Of a stretch of DNA of 64,000 nt, positions 9,283-16,943 are shown one piece after another. Positions within the stretch are counted from its first letter, which is position 1, and each line of letters opens with the position of its first letter. Origin of the DNA: a virus (taxonomy: Duplodnaviria; Caudoviricetes); the IMG/VR virus record IMGVR_UViG_3300010149_000008. One strand, written 5' to 3'. The notes under the pieces were generated by a model. That model saw only the letters and a list, made by a program, of their open reading frames with translations. It did not search any database and was not told the origin of the DNA. The position numbers and the translations under genes were made by a program.

Positions 9283-9699
9283 TTACTCTTCTGAACTTTC
9301 TTCACCAGCTTGAGGCTCAACATTATCATCACAATCTTCTGGACATTCTTCTCCTTCACAAGGCTCACAAGCAGGATCTACAGCCGGCTGGGGCTCGTCA
9401 CATCCGTCTTCACCCTGAAACTCAGGCTCACAATCTAATTGGTCTTCACCACCAGATACATCTTGATCACTATTTGTTTCGCCTGCTTCTGAGCCTGCTT
9501 CTGCACCTGCTTCTGCACCTGCTTCTGCACCTGCTTCTGCACCTGCTTCTGCACCTGCTTCTGCACCTGCTTCTGCACCTGCTTCTGACATTCCCATGTC
9601 TGTTTCTTGTGCTTCTTTTTCATCATGATCGTCTTTTTCACAACCACTTACCAATAAAGATAAAGCTAACATTAAAAATAACAATGAGTTCTTGAACAT
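9283..9699 (-). CDS. Lipoprotein with EAGA repeats and an acidic Cys-rich C-terminus
   Basis: Signal MFKNSLLFLMLALSLLVSG-C (lipobox), SD aggag upstream on the minus strand. Confidence 0.75.
   Translation of the reverse strand: MFKNSLLFLMLALSLLVSGCEKDDHDEKEAQETDMGMSEAGAEAGAEAGAEAGAEAGAEAGAEAGAEAGSEAGETNSDQDVSGGEDQLDCEPEFQGEDGCDEPQPAVDPACEPCEGEECPEDCDDNVEPQAGEESSEE
9482..9589. repeat. 12-bp tandem repeat x9 (cctgcttctgca)
   Basis: Nine near-identical units encoding EAGA on the minus strand. Confidence 0.95.
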
Positions 9700-9778
9700 A
9701 AAAATTCTCCTTTTAATTAACTCAAACTAATAAATATATATTTGTTTGTATTATCTTAAATAAAAGGAAAAATTGTAA

Positions 9779-9973
9779 ATGAATTTTAAATTTTTAAATA
9801 TATTGATGTTGTTTGCTGTATCTTTTTTATTTTCTTTTGGTAAAAAAGAAAAAAAGCCTGCACTTGATGATTACTATATTATAGAAAACAGCAAAGATTT
9901 TCAAAATCTTGTTTATAAAAGCGACTATAAAACTTATCGTGATATTTTGTATACAAATGTAGTTTTTAATTAA
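9779..9973 (+). CDS. Small hypothetical protein with a signal-like N-terminus
   Basis: 64 aa, SD aagga, hydrophobic N-terminus followed by a basic stretch. Confidence 0.45.
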   Translation: MNFKFLNILMLFAVSFLFSFGKKEKKPALDDYYIIENSKDFQNLVYKSDYKTYRDILYTNVVFN

Positions 9974-10014
9974 ATTAATATTTATAATCATAAAACAAAG
10001 AAAAGAGTTAACTT

Positions 10015-10380
10015 ATGTCAATAAACAATCCTGAAAAATATATTGAGCTAGCAATTAAATACAAGACACATACAATGGTTTTGCTTTCTTTTTTGCTTCT
10101 TGTAATTGTATTTTTTATCGGTAGATCAACTGTTTCAATTCCACCTAAAGAGATTGTGTGTAAGAGTGAAATTACAACTATAGAAAATCTTTTTACAAAA
10201 ATAGAAGAATGTCAAAGTAAATCAACTAGTAATCTTAGAGATCAAATGGACAAAGATGAAGCTGAATGTAAAAAAAGAATTAAAGCAGGAATAATAGAAA
10301 ATAGAGGAACAGTAGAAATACTTTCATGTAGCGAAGCAAAAGCAATAATGCCTCAGTGCAAGAGAAGAAGAGAATGGTAG
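10015..10380 (+). CDS. N-terminally anchored membrane protein with several Cys
   Basis: TM MVLLSFLLLVIVFFIG, then a helical domain with multiple Cys. Confidence 0.6.
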   Translation: MSINNPEKYIELAIKYKTHTMVLLSFLLLVIVFFIGRSTVSIPPKEIVCKSEITTIENLFTKIEECQSKSTSNLRDQMDKDEAECKKRIKAGIIENRGTVEILSCSEAKAIMPQCKRRREW

Positions 10381-10895
10381 ACATGATAAACAAAATAACA
10401 ACAATAATTTTAATTGTACTTCTTTTAATTCCGGCAAGTTTAATAGCCCAGCCGTTAAAAGAAGTAAATGAAGATTGGGATCCAATATCACAAAGTATTG
10501 AATGGGAACCTGTAGAAATGAAAATAAAGCTAGGAGATGCTGAAGTTAAAGTCTGGCTTCTTCATTCAATGGTTCCAGCGCCAATATCTGGTTATATGTT
10601 AAAAAAACCAGACTTTGCTGATATGAAAAGAATATTAGACAATTTAGACAAAGAAGTAGAGAGAGTAAAGCAAAAAGAAAGGTCTTTTTGCGATAAACTT
10701 TTAGTAGAAAAAGATGTTTTTTGTAGAAGTTTAAATAAAGATCTTATAAAACAAATAGACAGCCAGAAAATTGTAATTGTAAGCAGAGATGACAAAATAA
10801 AAAGTCTAAACAGCGAGCTGTTTTGGACAAAAATAATTTCTGGGACTGTCGTTTTAGGCTTAAGCGCATTTTCAATATACTCATTGGCAAAATAA
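10356..10895 (+). CDS. Membrane protein: signal/TM, coiled coil, C-terminal TM
   Basis: ITTIILIVLLLIPASLIA, central coiled coil, C-terminal IISGTVVLGLSAFSIYSL. Confidence 0.6.
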   Translation: MQEKKRMVDMINKITTIILIVLLLIPASLIAQPLKEVNEDWDPISQSIEWEPVEMKIKLGDAEVKVWLLHSMVPAPISGYMLKKPDFADMKRILDNLDKEVERVKQKERSFCDKLLVEKDVFCRSLNKDLIKQIDSQKIVIVSRDDKIKSLNSELFWTKIISGTVVLGLSAFSIYSLAK

Positions 10896-10942
10896 TTGAG
10901 CTTATTTAGTATAATTAATTTTATAGTTTTAGGAGAATATTA

Positions 10943-11212
10943 ATGGAACCAAATTTAGTTCTTTCTTTAGGTAGCATTATTGGTTTAATGGGTCTTTTTT
11001 GGACATGGCATAAAGAACAAAAACATACAAGTAGTACAATTTCAGTATTGCAAAACAAAGTTGAAAATCTAGAAGAAAAAATAAAAGTTCAAGATGAAGC
11101 TATTGTAAAAGTGCAAGAAACTTTAATGAAGATGGATCTTAAACTTACTAGAATTGATACTCAGTTATCATTGCTTTTAGAAGAAAAAAAAATACAAAAG
11201 TCTGTAAGTTAG
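10943..11212 (+). CDS. Small single-TM coiled-coil protein (holin/XhlA-like architecture)
   Basis: TM LVLSLGSIIGLMGLFW followed by a heptad coiled coil; SD aggag. Confidence 0.55.
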   Translation: MEPNLVLSLGSIIGLMGLFWTWHKEQKHTSSTISVLQNKVENLEEKIKVQDEAIVKVQETLMKMDLKLTRIDTQLSLLLEEKKIQKSVS

Positions 11213-11257
11213 CAAATTAAATAATATTTATATTTAAACAATAAAGGAAATAAACAT

Positions 11258-11479
11258 ATGAGAATTACTGAGAATACATTAAGAAAAATGATTATTCAAG
11301 AGATGAGAAACGTTAGAAGACAAAAAAGACTTCAAGAAGGCACAGCTGAAAGGCCAATCGCTGTAACTCCTCAACTTTTAAATAGAATTATTCGCGAAGA
11401 ATACACAAGATTTCAAAGAAGACAAAGACTAACAGAGGCTAAAAGAAGAAGATTAGCAGCTGCTAAAAGAAGAAGATAA
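11258..11479 (+). CDS. Small, very basic protein, probable internal head protein
   Basis: MRITENTLRKMIIQEM, LNRIIREEY, LQEG, LTEA; Arg-rich C-terminus. Confidence 0.6.
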   Translation: MRITENTLRKMIIQEMRNVRRQKRLQEGTAERPIAVTPQLLNRIIREEYTRFQRRQRLTEAKRRRLAAAKRRR

Positions 11480-11572
11480 AAAAAGTTGTACAAATTGCAT
11501 ATTGTGTTTATTATATAGACACGTTTAATCAAGCGATAAATATCGAAAACAAAATCGAAAGGACACGAATTT

Positions 11573-11884
11573 ATGCAATTATCACCTGAACAAGTACAAT
11601 CTATCAATATTCTACTTTCTGCAGTACAAGTAGCGCAGAGACGAGGTGCTTATTCACTGCAAGATGCATCAACATTGCAAGAAGCTATTGATAAGCTTGT
11701 ACCTCGAGAGGAGCAAGAGAGACAAGCAGCAGAGGCGGCCGCTGCCGACGCAAGCCCTGAGGAGGCTGAGGCATCATTAAGCATGGGAGAAACAGATGAC
11801 TGTTGCGATGACGATGATGCTGACTGTTGCGATGACGATGATGCTGACTGTTGCGATGACCAGCCGGCTGCAGATTCTGAGTAA
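11573..11884 (+). CDS. Hypothetical protein with a Cys/Asp repeat tail
   Basis: N-terminal helix with AQRRGAYS; C-terminal DCCDDDDA repeats. Confidence 0.7.
   Translation: MQLSPEQVQSINILLSAVQVAQRRGAYSLQDASTLQEAIDKLVPREEQERQAAEAAAADASPEEAEASLSMGETDDCCDDDDADCCDDDDADCCDDQPAADSE
11797..11860. repeat. 24-bp tandem repeat x2.7
   Basis: tgactgttgcgatgacgatgatgc at 11797 and 11821, partial copy at 11845. Confidence 0.95.
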
Positions 11885-11941
11885 TATATTCTTAGCTTTG
11901 ATAGTTAATTAAATTAATAGTTAATTAAAAAGCGAGAATAT

Positions 11942-12730
11942 ATGCCATTAATAAAAAATTACATTGCAAATTATCTGTTAAGAGAAAACATACAAAAAAA
12001 CCAACAAGTATCAATGATGTTTATAAACAGTCTGCTTGTTAAAGATGAAGACGGTTATCTCTTAGAAGAAGCTTACATAGAAGAAGAACGAGAACTCAAT
12101 CAACTTATAGATACTGGAGTGTGTGAAGATACTTTTTTTCAAAAAGTGTATGAAAGCATATTAAGTTCTGGATTTAAATACTTTGCAAAAGGATCTGGAA
12201 GAATTGTATTTACGCACAATCAGGCACCAAACTTGATTTTTAAGTTAGTTATTCCTGGTGAAGAGCTAGATGGAAATATTGCTGAAACTAGAAAAGAAAA
12301 AGAAATGATGCTTAGACATCCTCATCTTTTTGGAGAGCTATATAATGTTAAAGGGAATATTCCTAGTTTGTTTAATAATTCTATAGACTATTTTATTATA
12401 GTCGAAAGATTAATACCCTTGTTTACAACAAACTTTGTGCCATTTTCTGATGATAAAGTTTTTAATAATTTAAAATCCCAGTTTGGATATAGTGGATCTT
12501 TGTCTGAATTTAAAACATTTCTTAAAGAAAAGCTTATAAAGTATTATGAGTTAGCGTTTGGACAGGAGACTGAAGACTATGCACATATAAAAGTGCCTGC
12601 TAGTCCTCCTGACATGCTTGATAATTTTTGTGAAGAAGTAATTAAATTTAGCAAAGAAGTTAAGCCAGATAACGTTGGTTTAAAGGTTATTGGAAGTAAT
12701 AGATATAAATTTGTAATGTTAGATGTGTAA
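11942..12730 (+). CDS. Protein kinase-like fold protein, atypical or pseudo-kinase
   Basis: KGSGRIVF (Gly loop), IFKL (beta3 Lys), VERL (hinge), EVKPDNVG (catalytic-loop-like), terminal VMLDV. Confidence 0.5.
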   Translation: MPLIKNYIANYLLRENIQKNQQVSMMFINSLLVKDEDGYLLEEAYIEEERELNQLIDTGVCEDTFFQKVYESILSSGFKYFAKGSGRIVFTHNQAPNLIFKLVIPGEELDGNIAETRKEKEMMLRHPHLFGELYNVKGNIPSLFNNSIDYFIIVERLIPLFTTNFVPFSDDKVFNNLKSQFGYSGSLSEFKTFLKEKLIKYYELAFGQETEDYAHIKVPASPPDMLDNFCEEVIKFSKEVKPDNVGLKVIGSNRYKFVMLDV

Positions 12731-12760
12731 AAACAGCAATTAAATAATATATAGAGATAG

Positions 12761-12838
12761 GCCCGATGCGAACATAACAGCTGACCCCGCCAGTGCATCG
12801 GAATCATGCGGACAAGTTTATCCTAAAAGGAGGAAGTT
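12761..12838 (+). promoter_or_regulatory. Candidate structured RNA leader (possible pseudoknot) including the RBS
   Basis: ccgatgc(12763-69)/gcatcgg(12795-801) stem; loop ccgc(12787-90) complementary to gcgg(12808-11); tcct-aaa-agga hairpin overlaps the SD. Confidence 0.5.
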
Positions 12839-13342
12839 ATGCCAGTAGTAGAATATACAGCCGAAAAAGGCTTAGTACAAAAATCAGGAACAACAGCAAG
12901 CCTTGACTTACAGGGACAATTATTTGGTCATCGTTCAGGAATTAAATCAGTAAGCGGAGCTACATCATTAACTGTAGCAGATTCTGGAAAGACCATATTA
13001 GTTACAGCTTCTCAAGCTGGAGCAGCATATGATATAGCATTACCAAGACTAAACGGAACAGGCGATGAAGGTACATGTTATAAGTTTATCTTAGTACAAG
13101 CAGGAAATGCAGCTGCATCGGATGTAACAATATCAGTAGGGCACGCTGACGATGACTTTGTTGGTCATATTGTTGCAACAGACGGCGTTGATACAGCAGC
13201 TGCTGGCGATGAAGATATTACATTTGACCAAAATGCCGGATCTTTAGCTGGTGATACAGTTGAATTATTTTCAGATGGAACAAAATGGTTTGTAAGAGGT
13301 CAGTCAGCTGCAGTAGCTGGTTTAGCATTTGTCGGCGCATAA
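12839..13342 (+). CDS. Probable virion decoration/fibre protein
   Basis: Ala/Gly/Thr-rich beta protein; ADSGKTILV...LP...GDTVELFSDGTKWFV; strong SD aggagg. Confidence 0.5.
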   Translation: MPVVEYTAEKGLVQKSGTTASLDLQGQLFGHRSGIKSVSGATSLTVADSGKTILVTASQAGAAYDIALPRLNGTGDEGTCYKFILVQAGNAAASDVTISVGHADDDFVGHIVATDGVDTAAAGDEDITFDQNAGSLAGDTVELFSDGTKWFVRGQSAAVAGLAFVGA

Positions 13343-13364
13343 TAAATAATAAAGGAGATATATA

Positions 13365-14294
13365 ATGCCAAGTTTAGAATATACCTTGTCAAAAGGTTTA
13401 ATTAGTAAAAAGTCTGGCGGCTCTGAAATTAATTTGCAAGGCGTCATTACTAATACAAGAAAAAAAGTTACAGCGCTTGGAGATGCAGCAGCTTTACAAA
13501 GTCCCGCTAAAGCGGACAGTGGAAGAGAATATCTAATTCCAGCACAAAGTCAAGGAAGTACTATTACATTACCAAACTTTGCTGGAAGAAAAACTTCTGG
13601 AAAAATTCACTTAAATGGAGCTAATGCTGGTATACTAACAGTAGGAGATAAATTTTCATTTAATAATGTCTTTGGTAGAACATTTGTATTGACAGCTGTT
13701 GCTGATGCTGGTGGCGCTGCAAATGGAGTTTTGCAAGCAGACGGTTCTTTTGGACTAGAAATAGGAGCAGCACCAAATGCAACACAAGCTATAGATCATT
13801 TAAACAACACATTAACCGGCGTAGGAGCAAATAATGTACTTACAGCTATGTCTGATGTGACTTTTACACAGACAGATGCAGGTGCCAGTTTGACAATAGA
13901 AGCTAACTCTGTAGGAGTTTCCAACAACGGCACAATAACTATGCCTACTTTTACAAATACACCAACAATTACAGGATTTGCCGACGGAGTTGATACAAGA
14001 GATTCTGACGCTTCTGGAGTTGAGCTTCGTTACATGATGAGTGCTACTGCAGCAAATACTATTGATATTATTTTGCCTGTTGACAATACGAATACAAAAG
14101 GTACTTTTGATGCAACATTTGTAGGTGGTACAGTTGCAACTGATGGTCATACACCTTTTGCTGCAACAGACACAAAAGTTACATTTGCTGCAGCTGCTGT
14201 TGCAGGTGACTATATGATACTTAGATACGATGGCACTAGCGTTTGGGCAGTCACAGGCGCTTCTGCAGCTGACGCTGGAATTACTAGCGCTTAA
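13365..14294 (+). CDS. Paralog of the previous gene with an inserted beta domain; probable decoration/fibre protein
   Basis: MPSLEYTLSKGLISKKSG vs MPVVEYTAEKGLVQKSG; ADSGREYL..ITLP and GDYMILRYDGTSVWAV match the previous gene; ~135-aa insertion. Confidence 0.5.
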   Translation: MPSLEYTLSKGLISKKSGGSEINLQGVITNTRKKVTALGDAAALQSPAKADSGREYLIPAQSQGSTITLPNFAGRKTSGKIHLNGANAGILTVGDKFSFNNVFGRTFVLTAVADAGGAANGVLQADGSFGLEIGAAPNATQAIDHLNNTLTGVGANNVLTAMSDVTFTQTDAGASLTIEANSVGVSNNGTITMPTFTNTPTITGFADGVDTRDSDASGVELRYMMSATAANTIDIILPVDNTNTKGTFDATFVGGTVATDGHTPFAATDTKVTFAAAAVAGDYMILRYDGTSVWAVTGASAADAGITSA

Positions 14295-14313
14295 AAACTA
14301 GAAAGGTTTAATA

Positions 14314-14625
14314 ATGAGTAAAAGAGAAGTTAAAGAATCAAAGAAGGTTGCTGAGCCAAAGAAAGTTGCTGAGCCAAAGAAAGTTGCTGAGTCAAAGAAG
14401 GTTGCTGAGCCAAAGAAAGTTGCTGAGCCAAAGAAAGTTGCTGAGCCAGTACCTGCTAAACTAAAACTAAATATTGATGATAAAGTTAAATTAGTTAAAG
14501 ATGGTCGACAAGGTGTTGTTACATATGTAAGAAATGATGAAGAAGGCTTTTTGATAAAAGCTGAAGTCTTACTAGAAGACGGTACTAAAAAAGTTTCTGG
14601 GTCATTATCTTTAGAACTTTTATAA
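14314..14625 (+). CDS. Small protein with KKVAEP repeats and a C-terminal SH3/KOW-like domain
   Basis: Six KKVAE(P/S) units, then IDDKVKLVKDGRQGVVTYV. Confidence 0.65.
   Translation: MSKREVKESKKVAEPKKVAEPKKVAESKKVAEPKKVAEPKKVAEPVPAKLKLNIDDKVKLVKDGRQGVVTYVRNDEEGFLIKAEVLLEDGTKKVSGSLSLELL
14341..14448. repeat. 18-bp tandem repeat x6
   Basis: Consensus aagaa(a/g)gttgctgag(c/t)ca. Confidence 0.95.
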
Positions 14626-14653
14626 AAAAACAATAATTAGCAATTATAGGCTT

Positions 14654-14697
14654 AAGCCTCTGTAGAATTCTTTACAATGTTTTTGCAGAGGTTTTTT
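14654..14697 (+). terminator. Rho-independent terminator
   Basis: cctctgtaga / ttttgcagagg stem followed by tttttt. Confidence 0.7.
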
Positions 14698-14779
14698 AGT
14701 ATTTGCTGTTTGATAATTTAGTTCTTTTATAAAGACTTTTATAATTAGATATGTATATAAAAGATTATAGGAGTTTTGT

Positions 14780-16279
14780 ATGGCTTCGTTTGCTAGTTTA
14801 GTATCATTAAATGATAAACCAACAGCGTTTGGAACATTTGATGACGACTTACATTTTCAAGAAGACGCTGATAAGATTATATTATATGTCAAACGACGCT
14901 TAGGCGATGATATAATGTCAGTAGAATTGACTAATCGTCAAATATGGACGAATTTTGAAGAAGCTTGTCTAGAATTTTCAAAGAATGTAAATGCTCACCA
15001 AGCTGAGTCTTACATGTCAAATCTTCTAGGTCTTAAGATAGGACCAACTGAAACGTTTAAAAAGAATTCCCATGGGCATTATTACTGGAATGACGTAGAT
15101 ATTGAAGGATCACCGCTTTTAATTCAAGATACTTTTGACCCTAGATTTCAAAGCTCAAACTTTAAAGGTAAATACGTTCAAGAAGGCAACGCTGATGTTA
15201 TTCCTAGACAAATTGAGGCTGAGCTAGACAACGATTCTAATAAAATATCAGCTAGTCCTATACTAGACAAAAGAATAGGACCTCACGGAAAAGAACAAAA
15301 ATTTCCTCGCGAGACATTAGAATATTTAGTAAGACGTGCAGAACCATATGCAGCTGAAGCTGTTGTAGGTGGTTCTACAGACTTTGTAAGAGCATTTATA
15401 CCTCTGACTTCTAAAGATCAAGATTACGATATTTACAAAGACATGGTTATACCTGGGAAAGATGCTAGTGGCGCAGGTGTCCAGCTTAAGCTAGAAGAGT
15501 GGAATGGACAAGATGATCATTTGAGTGCTTTTAATCCTTTGTACTCTTCATCGCTGCCTGCTAATATAACAAGCACAAAAATTAAAATACAAGAAGTATA
15601 TCATTTTTCGCCACAAGCAGCGTATCGCTTTTTTGATACGACTTCAGCAGTAAACTATTTAAATAATCAATTTGCTTTTGAATCTTTTACACCGGAAACT
15701 GTATTTTACGTATTACCAGTGTTTGAAGATCTACTTCGTGCAGGGCAGCTTGACATATCAAATAGAGTTAGGCGCAGCAATTTTAGTTATAAGATACAAG
15801 GTAAAAATATTAGAATATTTCCTAGACCAACACAGGAAAATCCTATGAACTTGTTTGTTAAGTTTAGTTTTCCAGCTGATCCTTATAAAACAAATTTACC
15901 TTATGAAGATGAAACAATTGATGGTGTATCAAATATTTCTAACGTTCCTTTTGCAAATGTAAAGTATAGCTCTATAAATTCTATGTGTAGACAGTGGATT
16001 AAACAGTACACTTTGGCTTTGTGTAAAGAGACTTTAGGAATGATAAGATCTAAGTTTTCTTCTGTACCAATTCCAGGCAGTGACCTTCAAATGAATGGGT
16101 CAGAGCTTATAAGTCAAGGGAGAGAAGACAAATCAAATCTTAACTCTTCTTTAACAGAAACTCTAGACAAACTAACATATCAAAAGTTATTAGAAGCAGA
16201 TGCAGCTCAGTCTGAACAAATGAGTCAAATACTTAAAAGAATTCCCATTCCTAATGGGAGAGCAATTATTATAGGATAA
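14780..16279 (+). CDS. Neck/head-completion protein, T4 gp13-like
   Basis: RRLGDDIMSVELTNRQI...EEA and WIKQYTLALCKETLGMIRSKFSSVPIPGSDLQMNGSELISQGRE; first gene of the neck-tail block. Confidence 0.75.
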   Translation: MASFASLVSLNDKPTAFGTFDDDLHFQEDADKIILYVKRRLGDDIMSVELTNRQIWTNFEEACLEFSKNVNAHQAESYMSNLLGLKIGPTETFKKNSHGHYYWNDVDIEGSPLLIQDTFDPRFQSSNFKGKYVQEGNADVIPRQIEAELDNDSNKISASPILDKRIGPHGKEQKFPRETLEYLVRRAEPYAAEAVVGGSTDFVRAFIPLTSKDQDYDIYKDMVIPGKDASGAGVQLKLEEWNGQDDHLSAFNPLYSSSLPANITSTKIKIQEVYHFSPQAAYRFFDTTSAVNYLNNQFAFESFTPETVFYVLPVFEDLLRAGQLDISNRVRRSNFSYKIQGKNIRIFPRPTQENPMNLFVKFSFPADPYKTNLPYEDETIDGVSNISNVPFANVKYSSINSMCRQWIKQYTLALCKETLGMIRSKFSSVPIPGSDLQMNGSELISQGREDKSNLNSSLTETLDKLTYQKLLEADAAQSEQMSQILKRIPIPNGRAIIIG

Positions 16280-16283
16280 TATC

Positions 16284-16943
16284 ATGGCTAGATTATTTGT
16301 AGGACAAAGAGAAGCTGACTTTTTTGCTGATTTAACTAAAGAAGTGATAAAAGACATTGCTGGCCAAAAAGTATATTACTATACAATTAGAGAAGACTTA
16401 TCAAATGTACATGAGCTATATGAAGAGTCTCCTCAGAAAATATTTAATCCTCCTGTCGAAATTGAATGTATGGTTGAATGGCAACCTTCAGAAGTTCGTA
16501 CTACAAACTTTGGTACTGAAACTATAAAAACACTTACGTTGTATCTTCACTATAGAGACTTGCTTGATAGAGAAATAGTTTTTAATGAAGGGGACTACTT
16601 TTCTTACGGCCCATACTTTTTTGAAGCAACTTCAATTATATACGACAAGATTGCATATGGTCAAATTGAAAGAATTATTTCTATAAAAGTTAATGGTAAA
16701 CAAACAAGAATGCATCAAGTTGCGCTCAGACCTCATGGGCCTATTGATGAAGCATATTCTGATCAAGATGCAATTCAAACAACATTTACACAGCAAAGAG
16801 GTATACCTGATCATGACGTAAGAAGATTACAAGATGATGGAATAATCGATAAACCAATTTCAGGCCCAAGGTCTGTAAAACCTGATGGTTCTGCAAGAAG
16901 TGTTAATGGCGTAGGATCTTCTTTCTATGGAGATGAAGACTAA
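16284..16943 (+). CDS. Neck protein, T4 gp14-like
   Basis: GQKVYYY...LYEES...EGDYFSYGPYFFEAT pattern; lies between gp13-like and gp15-like genes. Confidence 0.65.
   Translation: MARLFVGQREADFFADLTKEVIKDIAGQKVYYYTIREDLSNVHELYEESPQKIFNPPVEIECMVEWQPSEVRTTNFGTETIKTLTLYLHYRDLLDREIVFNEGDYFSYGPYFFEATSIIYDKIAYGQIERIISIKVNGKQTRMHQVALRPHGPIDEAYSDQDAIQTTFTQQRGIPDHDVRRLQDDGIIDKPISGPRSVKPDGSARSVNGVGSSFYGDED

Noticed and set aside
9435-9695. ORFs with LLLH or QKQV repeats
   Set aside because: Other reading frames of the 12-bp repeat in the lipoprotein gene.
9482-14448. Tandem repeats considered as CRISPR arrays or VNTR regulatory elements
   Set aside because: No spacers; unit lengths are multiples of 3 and all lie inside ORFs.
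14298-14633. Minus-strand ORF with ATFFGS repeats
   Set aside because: Antisense of the KKVAEP repeat gene; the plus strand fits operon direction and the terminator.
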